Notes under the pieces: generated by a model
What the model was told of the DNA's origin: nothing
What the model saw: only the letters and a program-made list of their open reading frames with translations
Database searches by the model: none
Position numbers and translations under genes: made by a program
Assembly: GCA_009783145.1 (NCBI GenBank)
Contig: WRHR01000005.1
Location: forward strand, 194 to 64,193
Length of the DNA stretch: 64,000 bases
Direction of reading: 5' to 3'
Source of the DNA: Alphaproteobacteria bacterium
GTDB lineage: Bacteria > Pseudomonadota > Alphaproteobacteria > Rs-D84
In this document: positions 55,375 to 64,000 of the stretch, in pieces
Layout: every line of letters starts with the position of its first letter
How positions within the stretch are numbered: the stretch's first letter is position 1

Positions 55375-55492
55375 TTCCCCTCCTGTGGAGGGGTGGATGC
55401 GAACGAAGTGAGCAGACGGGGTGGTTTGTTTAATGTTCATAGATTACAAGAACCACCCCGCCCCTTCGGGGCACCCCTCCACAGGAGGGGAA
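55375..55492. repeat. palindromic repeat family C, copy 1
   Basis: TTCCCCTCCTGTGGAGGGGTG ... AACCACCCCGCCCCTTCGGGGCACCCCTCCACAGGAGGGGAA; termini are inverted repeats. Confidence 0.75.
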
Positions 55493-55516
55493 CCGCGACT
55501 CCGCCGATATAGTTTA

Positions 55517-56146
55517 TTACTGTAAAATTTTAAGGAGTTCCGTTGCGGCGGCCGAGGTGGCGGATTTTTTTGACGCGCCCGACCCCAATGCGCTTTGCCC
55601 CAGCGCAGATACGCGTACTTTGAACACAGGGCTGTGCGATTTTCCGTCCTCGTCAATAAATTCATATTCCGGCAGCGCGCCGCCGCCGTTCTTCTGCACG
55701 AATTCCTGCAACGCCGTTTTGGAATCTTTTGGCGGAATCGCATCCCTTGCCGCCAGGTCGCGCCAGATTCGCGTCACTTCCGCGCTGGCCGCTGGAAATC
55801 CGCCGTCCAGAAATATCGCGCCCAAGACCGATTCCATCGCGTTTGCCGCGATGTGATTCATCTTGCCAGCGGTCATATGTCCGTGCCGGATTTTTTTATC
55901 AAAGCCCAGCTCTTTCGCAACCTCGGCCAGTGTTTCGGTAGAGACCAATACTGCATGGCGCCGCGCAAGGTCTCCCTCTGTCTCCGATGGAAACATTTCG
56001 TACAGCAGCGCGGCAACGGACAGGCCCAGTACGCGGTCGCCGATGAATTCCAGACGCTCGTTATTATTAACCGCATCCGCGCCGCTCTGCGTCAGCGCCA
56101 GCGCGAACAACTTTTCATCCACGAATTTGTATCTTAACTTCTTCAT
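55517..56146 (-). CDS. rnc: ribonuclease III
   Basis: ERLEFIGDRVLGL catalytic signature, C-terminal dsRBD; ATGA overlap with lepB stop. Confidence 0.95.
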   Translation of the reverse strand: MKKLRYKFVDEKLFALALTQSGADAVNNNERLEFIGDRVLGLSVAALLYEMFPSETEGDLARRHAVLVSTETLAEVAKELGFDKKIRHGHMTAGKMNHIAANAMESVLGAIFLDGGFPAASAEVTRIWRDLAARDAIPPKDSKTALQEFVQKNGGGALPEYEFIDEDGKSHSPVFKVRVSALGQSALGSGASKKSATSAAATELLKILQ

Positions 56147-57027
56147 TTGATACCCAGACCAAATCTGTCCCATCTCATCTTATCCAGCCAGTTCCACACC
56201 AGCGGCATCCATGAATAGTAATTGTGGCTGTACCACACGAACCAGACTTTGCCCATTATATTATCCCTTGGAACCATGCCCATTTCAGAACGGCTGTCCG
56301 CGGACCAGTCGCGGTCGTCGCCCATAAAGAAATAGTATCCTTCGGGCACCTTGAATAACTGCGTGTTATCATATCTTTCGTTGTCGCTGCGTTCTATAAT
56401 CTGATGTCTGGTGCCATCGGGCAGTACTTCCGTCCATTCGGTCAGCTCATCAATTCCGCCCTCGGCGCAAATCGGCGACATCATGCATTCTCTGCGCGTT
56501 TTGTACTCTATCGTATAGTTAAAGTTCGCGGGCTGGTTGTCTATGAACAGCTTATTGCCTTTAATAGAAATATCGCCCTTATAGAATCCCACGCTGCGGA
56601 TATCGGTCGGCAAGTGCGCGATTATATAGCGGCGCGGGTTTTCGCGTTCTGCCTGCTGCCCGTTTATATACAGCCGGCCGTTTATCATCTGCACCGTGTC
56701 GCCCGGCTTGCCTATCAATCTTTTCACATAATCCAGCGATTCATTCACCGGGTTGCGGAAGACTATGACGTCGCCCACCTTTGGCTCGGACGCCATAAAC
56801 CGACCGTTCCACAGGCGCCAGCTGCCGAACGGAAAGCTATACCTGCTGTATCCGTACGACCATTTCTGGATGAATATATGGTCGCCTACATGCAATGTCG
56901 GAATCATGCTGCCGGACGGGATATTAAAAGGCTCTAGCAGTAGGCTGCGGAAAATTATCGCGATAAGCCCCGCCCAAAATAAAGTATTGACCCATTCGCG
57001 CGTCGTGGATGTATATTTCTTTGCCAT
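56143..57027 (-). CDS. lepB: signal peptidase I
   Basis: IPSGSMIPTL (catalytic Ser), VKRLIG (catalytic Lys), GDDRDWSADSR. Confidence 0.95.
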   Translation of the reverse strand: MAKKYTSTTREWVNTLFWAGLIAIIFRSLLLEPFNIPSGSMIPTLHVGDHIFIQKWSYGYSRYSFPFGSWRLWNGRFMASEPKVGDVIVFRNPVNESLDYVKRLIGKPGDTVQMINGRLYINGQQAERENPRRYIIAHLPTDIRSVGFYKGDISIKGNKLFIDNQPANFNYTIEYKTRRECMMSPICAEGGIDELTEWTEVLPDGTRHQIIERSDNERYDNTQLFKVPEGYYFFMGDDRDWSADSRSEMGMVPRDNIMGKVWFVWYSHNYYSWMPLVWNWLDKMRWDRFGLGIK

Positions 57028-57118
57028 TTATGATCCTCTTTATATTTCGCCGGCATTTTAGCCCTTGAATTAAATCCGCGCAAGCTTTATTATTCCCGCG
57101 TTATAATCGGATGTAGGA

Positions 57119-58642
57119 ATGATTTCTTTGAACTCTTTGATTTTTAACGGGCTGGATGCAACGCGCATAGAAGTTCAGGTTCAGCTGGGCGGAATGGGCA
57201 AGCAAGAATTCAACATAATCGGACTTGCCGACCGCGCGGTCAAAGAGTCCGCCGAGCGCGTGCGCAACGCCATGATAGCGCTGAACCTTTCCATGCCCAG
57301 TAAGAAACTTACCGTGAATCTTGCGCCCAGCGACGTTGAAAAATCCGGCTCGCATTTCGATCTGCCGATACTTTGCGGAATTTTATGCGCCATGGGAATC
57401 TTGCCAGAAGAGGCTCTTTCAAAGTATGTGATAATGGGCGAGATAGGCCTGAACGGCGCGATTCAAAAATCAAACGGCATTCTGCCCGCCAGCGTTTGGG
57501 CGAACAAAAACGGACTTGGCATTATCTGTCCCGCGGAAAACGGGCCCGAAGCGCGTTGGGCCGGACACACGGACATTCTGGCGCCCGCGCATATTCTGGA
57601 CCTTATAAACCATTTTCGCGGAACGCAGGTTCTGCCCGTGCCAAGCGCAATGACGCCAAAACATAATGCCGCGGCAGCGGGAGATTTATCAGAAGTGCAC
57701 GGCCAGGCGGCCGCTAAACGAGCCTTGGAAATCGCGGCTGCAGGCGGGCACGCAATGCTGATGGTCGGACCGCCCGGCTCGGGTAAAACTATGCTGGCGT
57801 CGCGCTTGGCCGGAATTCTGCCGGAGATGACCCCCGGCGAAATTCTGGAAGCATCAATGATTTATTCGGTCGCGGGGCAATTGAACGCGCAATCCTTGGT
57901 CTCGGTGCGCCCGTTCCGCAGCGTGCATCATACGGCCAGCGCGGTCGCGCTGGCGGGCGGAGGAGCGGACGCAAAGCCCGGCGAGATTTCGCTGGCCCAT
58001 TCCGGGATTCTATTCTTGGACGAGCTGCCCGAGTTCCAACGCGGCACCCTGGAAATTCTGCGCCAGCCGATGGAGCTGGGTAAAATTATGATTTCGCGGG
58101 CAAAGCGCACCGTGGCCTATCCCGCGCGCTTTCAGCTGATTGCGGCGATGAACCCTTGCCCTTGCGGGCATCTTGGCAATGCGGCCCTGGCTTGCAGCAA
58201 AGCTCCCCGCTGCGCTGAAGCATATCAGAATAAAATTTCCGGGCCTCTGTTGGATCGCATAGATTTGCATGTCGATGTGGATGCGGTGAATCCTTGGGAA
58301 ATGTCGGCCGTCACCCCGGCGGAGGCCGGGGCGCGCGAATCCAGCGCGACTGTTCGTGCGCGCGTTGTCGCCGCGCGTGAAAAGCAGTTGCACCGCCAAG
58401 GAAAAATGAACGCTCATCTGGATGGAAAAGAACTTGACGCGGCCGTTGCGTTGAATACCGAACTGACCGAATTTCTGAACAATGCCGCCGAGAAAATGGG
58501 AATGTCTGCGCGCGGATACCAACGCATAAAACGCATCGCGCGCACTATCGCGGACTTGCGCGGAAGCGATGCGGTCGAAATGCCCGATCTGGCAGAAGCG
58601 ATTTCATACAGGCCCATCAAGCGTGGAAAATACGGGGTATAG
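57119..58642 (+). CDS. comM: YifB/ComM family Mg-chelatase-like ATPase
   Basis: Lon-protease-like N-domain, Walker A GPPGSGKT, Walker B FLDELPEF, C-terminal ChlI-associated domain. Confidence 0.9.
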   Translation: MISLNSLIFNGLDATRIEVQVQLGGMGKQEFNIIGLADRAVKESAERVRNAMIALNLSMPSKKLTVNLAPSDVEKSGSHFDLPILCGILCAMGILPEEALSKYVIMGEIGLNGAIQKSNGILPASVWANKNGLGIICPAENGPEARWAGHTDILAPAHILDLINHFRGTQVLPVPSAMTPKHNAAAAGDLSEVHGQAAAKRALEIAAAGGHAMLMVGPPGSGKTMLASRLAGILPEMTPGEILEASMIYSVAGQLNAQSLVSVRPFRSVHHTASAVALAGGGADAKPGEISLAHSGILFLDELPEFQRGTLEILRQPMELGKIMISRAKRTVAYPARFQLIAAMNPCPCGHLGNAALACSKAPRCAEAYQNKISGPLLDRIDLHVDVDAVNPWEMSAVTPAEAGARESSATVRARVVAAREKQLHRQGKMNAHLDGKELDAAVALNTELTEFLNNAAEKMGMSARGYQRIKRIARTIADLRGSDAVEMPDLAEAISYRPIKRGKYGV

Positions 58643-58646
58643 GGGA

Positions 58647-59615
58647 TTAAAATTCAAACCTGACCCCGACCATCGCGGTGCCGTAAAACACGTTATGCGC
58701 GCTGAAAATGTCCTTGGTCTTGTATCCCGTCACGCTCTCCACAGGCTCGTTATTAAGCGCCCACTTGATTTGCGGTATCCACATCAGCCTGAAACTCAAA
58801 TCCAAAAATATACTTTCCGCCAGGCCGTATGAAAAGCCCACCGCTCCCGACAGAGCCACATTATTGGTCGAAGTTTTGGAAGTGTAAAAAGTAAGCACTC
58901 CCGTTCCCAAATCCTCGCCGAAATCCTGCATCGACGCCTGGTCGGACAAGTCCCCGTAAAGGTCGATCAGATTCAGCACCGTCGTTGAATCCGCATAACC
59001 CAAACCAAAACCTAGATACGGGATAAACGCCTTTAACGGCTTGTACAGCCCGTCGAAGAAATCGTAATAGACCATCGCGGAATATACGTCCGTCGTAACA
59101 TTGGATTGGACGCCGGTGGATTCCACTTCTAACACATAGCCCTCCGTCGACACCACGTCGCCCCTGAACATCGGCAATGCGTTGTAATCAGACCTGGTTA
59201 TGCGGTCCCAGGACGCTTCCAGCCGCCACTGCGGCGAATACGGCAGAGTCAAGCCCACCGCGACGCCCCCGGCGAAAGAAAATGGCTGGAACTTCTTCGC
59301 CGCAGGCAAATCCCCAATATTAATCTGGCCGATGGGTATAAATCCGGCCTCGAGACATGGGAGGTACCCGCCGCACCAACTCTCCGTAAATACGCCTATG
59401 TCGGGGTCGTACCAATAGGGTTCCGGTATCAGCGAGCCCAAATCATTCTCGACCCTGCCCGTTCCAAAAGCCATCCCGCCGCGCGCCGTAATCGTTATCC
59501 GGCTTCCGTCGTCGCCCAAATACCCGCCCGGAGCATAGTATTCCCAGTTGGCTTGCGCAGGCGCAAGCCAGAGCATAGAGCACAGAGCACAGATAACAGA
59601 CTTTGTGAATTTCAT
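58647..59615 (-). CDS. outer-membrane beta-barrel protein
   Basis: Signal peptide MKFTKSVICALCSMLWLAPAQA, aromatic-rich alternating strands, C-terminal VGVRFEF. Confidence 0.7.
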   Translation of the reverse strand: MKFTKSVICALCSMLWLAPAQANWEYYAPGGYLGDDGSRITITARGGMAFGTGRVENDLGSLIPEPYWYDPDIGVFTESWCGGYLPCLEAGFIPIGQINIGDLPAAKKFQPFSFAGGVAVGLTLPYSPQWRLEASWDRITRSDYNALPMFRGDVVSTEGYVLEVESTGVQSNVTTDVYSAMVYYDFFDGLYKPLKAFIPYLGFGLGYADSTTVLNLIDLYGDLSDQASMQDFGEDLGTGVLTFYTSKTSTNNVALSGAVGFSYGLAESIFLDLSFRLMWIPQIKWALNNEPVESVTGYKTKDIFSAHNVFYGTAMVGVRFEF

Positions 59616-59670
59616 ATAGAATATTATATCATAAAAAGGAGTGAAATAAAAATGGGAATATAGGGATAGT

Positions 59671-59816
59671 GGCGGGGCGGTGTTCCCCTCCTGTGGAGGA
59701 GTGGCGCATCAGCGCCGGGGTAGTTCGGGTAATGTTCGTATATTGTTATAAATGCTCGCGCATTACACAAACCACCCCGCCCCTTCGGGGCACCCCTCCA
59801 CAGGAGGGGAACACCT
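59671..59816. repeat. palindromic repeat family C, copy 2
   Basis: GTGTTCCCCTCCTGTGGAGGAGTGG ... AACCACCCCGCCCCTTCGGGGCACCCCTCCACAGGAGGGGAACAC; 42-nt right block identical to copy 1. Confidence 0.75.
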
Positions 59817-59831
59817 CATCGCGAATTATGG

Positions 59832-61616
59832 TTAATTTTGCAAAAACCCGCCGGATTGCATTTTCCACAGCCGGGCATATATTCCGCCCTTTTTGCGCAG
59901 CAGCTGTTGGTGCGTGCCCTGCTCGGCTATATGCCCGTCCTCCATAACCACTATCCTGTCCATATGGCGCAACGTGGACAAGCGGTGCGCAATCGCAATA
60001 GTCGTGCGGCCATGCGACAATTCTTCGAACGATTTCTGGATTGCCGCCTCGGTCTCGGAGTCCAGAGCGCTGGTCGCCTCGTCCAATATCAATATCGGCG
60101 CGTCTTTCAAGAACGCCCTGGCGATCGCTATGCGCTGGCGCTGGCCGCCGGACAGTTTGATTCCGCGGTCGCCGACCAAGCTGTCATACTTCTTTTCCGT
60201 GTCCATTATAAACTTGTCAGCTTGAGCCTTCTTCGCTGCGTTGTGGATCTCTTTATCGCTTGCATCCGCGCGGCCATACCCTATGTTTTCTTTCAAGGTC
60301 CGATTGAACATAGTTGGTTCTTGCGGGATGAACGCGATATTTTCGCGCAAGGAATCCTGCGTAACCTCTCGTATACCCTGTCCGTCTATAAATATCGCGC
60401 CCTTGGTCGGGTCGTAAAACCGCATAAGCAGATTCACAAGCGTAGTCTTGCCCGCACCGGAACTGCCGACCAACCCAACCTTTTCGCCCGGTTTGATGTT
60501 CAAAGAAAAGTTATCCAGAACATTTTTGCGTTTGTATTTGAATGAAACGCTGCGTAATTCCACCGACCCACGAGGCACACGCAATGCCGGCGCATCCGGG
60601 GCATCTCGTACGTCTATCGGTTTAACCATTTCTTCGTAAGACTTTTGCGCGCTTCCGATAACGTCCACCACGTCAGGAATGCGTTGAACGATATTCGATA
60701 TAGCGCTGAGGACGCTGAAATAAACGGAAATTGTAAACACTATCTCGGATATTTTCATTTCGCCGGATACAAAAAGCACGACGCATAGATAATAAATCAC
60801 GCCCATCAGCAAAGTGTAAACAATTGACGGCAACGCCCAAAACCACCGCTGCATATAAGTCGCATATATGCGCTTGCCGACTTGTTCTGTCCGCGGCTTT
60901 TCCATGTGCCTCTTTTCAAAGTTCGCGCCGGCAAACAATTTAACTATGTTAAAATTCGATACGCTATCTATAAGCTTCCCCGACAAGGTTGACGACGAGT
61001 CCGCCGCATCCTTTGACGCTTTGTTCATAGGTTTTACGCGCGCCCAAGAATATGCAACGCGAAATGCCAAAGTACCGATTAATATCGCCGCAATCTTCCA
61101 ATTTATGCCCAGAACCAATCCCATATTCACGATCACGACTATGAGAGCCGCAAACATCAATAAAAAATCCCATAATGTCCGAAACCCACCGGACACATAA
61201 TTTATCTGCGTATTGATTTTACCGGGCATGCGCGCGGTGAAATATGACATGGATTGAGAATGAACATAATCGTTCAAAACCTCGGAAATGCGATTTTGTA
61301 TCCGTGGCTGCCAGCGACCCGATAATGTGGCGGAGGTTACTTCCAAAATATCACATACAAGAATTATTCCGACAATCAGCAAAATCGTCGGCAATGCGAA
61401 CGCGACAAAATTCATGCCGGGGAACATCGTCGTTTCAAATAACTGTATAAACCACCTTTCGGACAGAGGGCCAAATACGCCATACCCGACACGCATGGCA
61501 ATAAAAGTTATTGCCCATAAAATCAAGATGCGCGCGTAAGGCCGTGCGCCATAGCGTATATAAAACCCCAATAAAGTCTTGGGAAATTGCGAAGATTGCG
61601 TGTTGTTATCAGTCAT
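59832..61616 (-). CDS. ABC transporter, fused permease/ATPase (MsbA-like exporter)
   Basis: Six-TM domain, Walker A GSSGAGKTT, signature LSGGQRQR, Walker B ILILDEATS. Confidence 0.9.
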   Translation of the reverse strand: MTDNNTQSSQFPKTLLGFYIRYGARPYARILILWAITFIAMRVGYGVFGPLSERWFIQLFETTMFPGMNFVAFALPTILLIVGIILVCDILEVTSATLSGRWQPRIQNRISEVLNDYVHSQSMSYFTARMPGKINTQINYVSGGFRTLWDFLLMFAALIVVIVNMGLVLGINWKIAAILIGTLAFRVAYSWARVKPMNKASKDAADSSSTLSGKLIDSVSNFNIVKLFAGANFEKRHMEKPRTEQVGKRIYATYMQRWFWALPSIVYTLLMGVIYYLCVVLFVSGEMKISEIVFTISVYFSVLSAISNIVQRIPDVVDVIGSAQKSYEEMVKPIDVRDAPDAPALRVPRGSVELRSVSFKYKRKNVLDNFSLNIKPGEKVGLVGSSGAGKTTLVNLLMRFYDPTKGAIFIDGQGIREVTQDSLRENIAFIPQEPTMFNRTLKENIGYGRADASDKEIHNAAKKAQADKFIMDTEKKYDSLVGDRGIKLSGGQRQRIAIARAFLKDAPILILDEATSALDSETEAAIQKSFEELSHGRTTIAIAHRLSTLRHMDRIVVMEDGHIAEQGTHQQLLRKKGGIYARLWKMQSGGFLQN

Positions 61617-61713
61617 TGCGCGTAAGTCTTTATGATATTTGACGAACGCAACCATAGCATATAAACATCCGAAATCCAGCGCTTTTTTAATATTGACGAG
61701 AGTTTTGTTTATA

Positions 61714-63513
61714 TTACTTCACAATATCTTTGAAAATCTCTGCCGGCACGGTGCCGCCGGTTATTTTGCTATCCATCGGTGAATTGTCGTCATTTCCCGC
61801 CCAGACGCCCAATACCAAATCTTCAACCGCGCCCACAAACCAAGCGTCCCTATTATCATTGCTGGTGCCGGTTTTTCCCCCCAGTACGCCCGGCGCCGCG
61901 GCGCGCGCGCCAGTGCCGCCAGCTTTTATAACCGCGCCCATCAACTGATGCATTTCCGCAACGGTCTGCCAATCCAGCAGCTGTTCTGGCTGTGACGGAT
62001 TGCGTTCGTATAAGGTCTTTCCCGACGGCGTCATTATCTTTTCAATCCCGTACGGGCGCACCGTTCTTCCGTCGTTCCAAATCACCGCGTTCATCGCCGT
62101 CAATTCCAGCAGCGACATTTCGCACGCTCCCAGCACCGTCGAATACTCGCGCTTTAGCTTTGCCCCCACGCCCAGGCGCCCCGCCATTTTCAGTACCGCG
62201 CTTATCCCGTATTTCTCGGTCAATTTCAAAGGTACGGAATTCACGCTTTTTGCAAACGCCGTCGTCAGCGTTATGTCTCCATAATATTTCTCGTTGTAAT
62301 TCTTAGGCTTGTAATTTCCAATCGCAAAGCGGCTGTCATTCACTATATCGTCCGGGCTCATACCTTTTTCCAGCGCCACCAGATACACCACAGGCTTGAA
62401 CGCGCTTCCGGGCTGGCGCAGGGCGGTCGCGCGGTTGAACTGCGATTCCTGGTAATTGGTTCCGCCCACCATCGCGCGCACGGCCCCATCCGTCGTCATC
62501 GCGACAACCGCGCCTTGGCCCACGTTGCTGTCTTTCGCTTCCCTTACATGACGGCGCGTCACGGCCGCTGCATGCTCGTGCAAGTCCTGATCCAATGTAG
62601 TATACACCAGCAGGTCGCTGTCTATCTCGTCCCCCAAACGCGATGCGATTTCTTCGCTAACAAAGTCCGTCCAATACCTGAAGATATTCGTATCGGCCGG
62701 CGGCGTCACCGCATACAATTCTGTCGCCGCTTTGCGCGCCGCGTCCAAGGTTATATAATCCTGGCGCACCATTTCTTTCAGAATTATCCTTGCCCGCAAT
62801 ATATTCCTTTCCGAATTTCGAACAGGGCTGTACGCCGTAGGGGCCTTCAGCATCGCCGCAATCTGCGCGGACTCCGCAATCGTAAGCTCGTTCGCCGTCT
62901 TTTGAAACAAGTCGCGCGCCGCCGCATCGATTCCCCTCATCCCCCGCACCAGCGACACCCTGTTCATATACAAGTCCAAAATCTGCTCTTTCGTAAATTT
63001 GTTTTCCAGCCAGTATGAAAGTATGACTTCCTGGACCTTGCGTTTTACCGTCCTGGCCGGCGACAAGAAGATATTTTTCGCCGCCTGCTGCGTCAACGAC
63101 GATCCGCCCGCCGCAATACGCCCCGCCCGCAGATTGGAAACCAGCGCGCGCGTCGTTCCCCTGAAATCTATCGCGCCGTGATTGAAAAAACGCTTGTCCT
63201 CTATCGCTATTATCGCCTGCCACACGTGCGGCGGCAAGCCGGCAACCGATACCGGCGTTCCCATAATCTTATTATAGCTGCGTATTTCATAGCCGTCTTT
63301 ATCGATGAAAGTTATCGCGGGCGGCCTTGTCTCGCGCAGCATGGAATCCAACCCCGGCATCTGCAAAAACACTATCAAGACATACGCGGCGATTGCGGCC
63401 AGCCCCAGCAGCATCGCGGATATCAGCCAGGCGAGCGCCCGCCATTTCCAAGAAATAGGTTTCTTTTCTTCCGTTTTCTCTGTTGGAATATTTTTTTCCG
63501 GGGCTTCTTTCAT
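61714..63513 (-). CDS. mrcA: class A penicillin-binding protein (glycosyltransferase + transpeptidase)
   Basis: GT51 motifs EDKRFFNHGAIDFRG and RKVQE; transpeptidase SAFKP, SVN, KTGTS. Confidence 0.9.
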   Translation of the reverse strand: MKEAPEKNIPTEKTEEKKPISWKWRALAWLISAMLLGLAAIAAYVLIVFLQMPGLDSMLRETRPPAITFIDKDGYEIRSYNKIMGTPVSVAGLPPHVWQAIIAIEDKRFFNHGAIDFRGTTRALVSNLRAGRIAAGGSSLTQQAAKNIFLSPARTVKRKVQEVILSYWLENKFTKEQILDLYMNRVSLVRGMRGIDAAARDLFQKTANELTIAESAQIAAMLKAPTAYSPVRNSERNILRARIILKEMVRQDYITLDAARKAATELYAVTPPADTNIFRYWTDFVSEEIASRLGDEIDSDLLVYTTLDQDLHEHAAAVTRRHVREAKDSNVGQGAVVAMTTDGAVRAMVGGTNYQESQFNRATALRQPGSAFKPVVYLVALEKGMSPDDIVNDSRFAIGNYKPKNYNEKYYGDITLTTAFAKSVNSVPLKLTEKYGISAVLKMAGRLGVGAKLKREYSTVLGACEMSLLELTAMNAVIWNDGRTVRPYGIEKIMTPSGKTLYERNPSQPEQLLDWQTVAEMHQLMGAVIKAGGTGARAAAPGVLGGKTGTSNDNRDAWFVGAVEDLVLGVWAGNDDNSPMDSKITGGTVPAEIFKDIVK

Positions 63514-63570
63514 GCTTGAATTATATCATAAATTTGGTTATAATTCACGCATCATCACAAAGGAGAGGAG

Positions 63571-63757
63571 ATGAAAAAACTTGCTTTAATTGGAATTTTC
63601 GCACTGCTGCCGTTCGTGGCAAGTGCCGATGATGCTGCTCCGGTCGACACCGTCGAAGAAGTGGTCGTTGTGGAAACTGTCGAAGAATCCACCATCCAGG
63701 CTCCGGACGAAGCCGTCATCGTGGAAGAAGTTTCTTTCGAAGTCCCGGCCGAAGAAT

Positions 63758-63759
<2 letters not shown>
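63571..63759 (+). CDS. small acidic secreted protein
   Basis: GGAGAGGAG RBS; signal peptide MKKLALIGIFALLPFVASA; Glu/Val-rich mature part. Confidence 0.5.

Positions 63760-64000
<241 letters not shown>

Overview
This is a 64-kb chromosomal window from a diderm (Gram-negative type) bacterium. GC looks roughly balanced by eye, except for a visibly AT-rich first ~650 nt.

**Gene content.** There are about 60 protein genes, mostly core housekeeping:
- secA, dnaE, lysS, alaS, rnj, queA-tgt, era, lepB-rnc
- murJ, bamD, rlpA, a class A PBP
- smpB, holB, tatD, rpsD, rplY, rpoZ, hup, csp, and the ligA 3' end

There are four intact tRNAs: CAT, Ser-GGA, Gly-GCC and Thr-TGT. A cluster of three tRNA fragments sits at the left edge.

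**Hidden RNA genes.** Two structured RNA genes do not show in the ORF track:
- RNase P RNA at 2593-3183 (minus strand).
- A circularly permuted two-piece tmRNA at 9141-9718 (minus strand). This gene layout is best known from Alphaproteobacteria; the lineage assignment is inference only.

**Most unusual content: hairpin-forming repeat modules.** No single gene system stands out. Instead the window carries a very dense population of repeat modules:
1. Long intergenic hairpins whose arms are tandem 7-8-nt units. The unit sequence differs from copy to copy, around a conserved palindrome TGTCCWTTATAAWGGACA.
2. A ~28-nt GC hairpin (CCGCC-TTCGCCAAGGCTCC-GGCGG-ACAAG). It is inserted in frame, in different reading frames, into dnaE, lysS, queA, tatD and several hypothetical genes, and also into RNase P RNA.
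3. One-armed heptamer arrays inside coding sequences: mtaB, rnj and two signal peptides.
4. At least four further palindromic repeat families. One of them directly abuts two tRNA 3' ends.

The same module repertoire expands both rnpB (257-nt insertion) and the tmRNA intervening segment (~280 nt).

**Accessory-looking genes:**
- a T5orf172/GIY-YIG-like gene
- a Pif1-like helicase
- an orphan DNA methyltransferase next to tRNA-Thr
- an 857-aa protein with an AEP primase-like motif set next to tRNA-Gly
- a pair of large Cys-rich secreted proteins
- a Lon-like ATPase without a protease domain

**Limits.** All protein calls rest on motif recognition by eye. No database search, folding program or covariance model was run.
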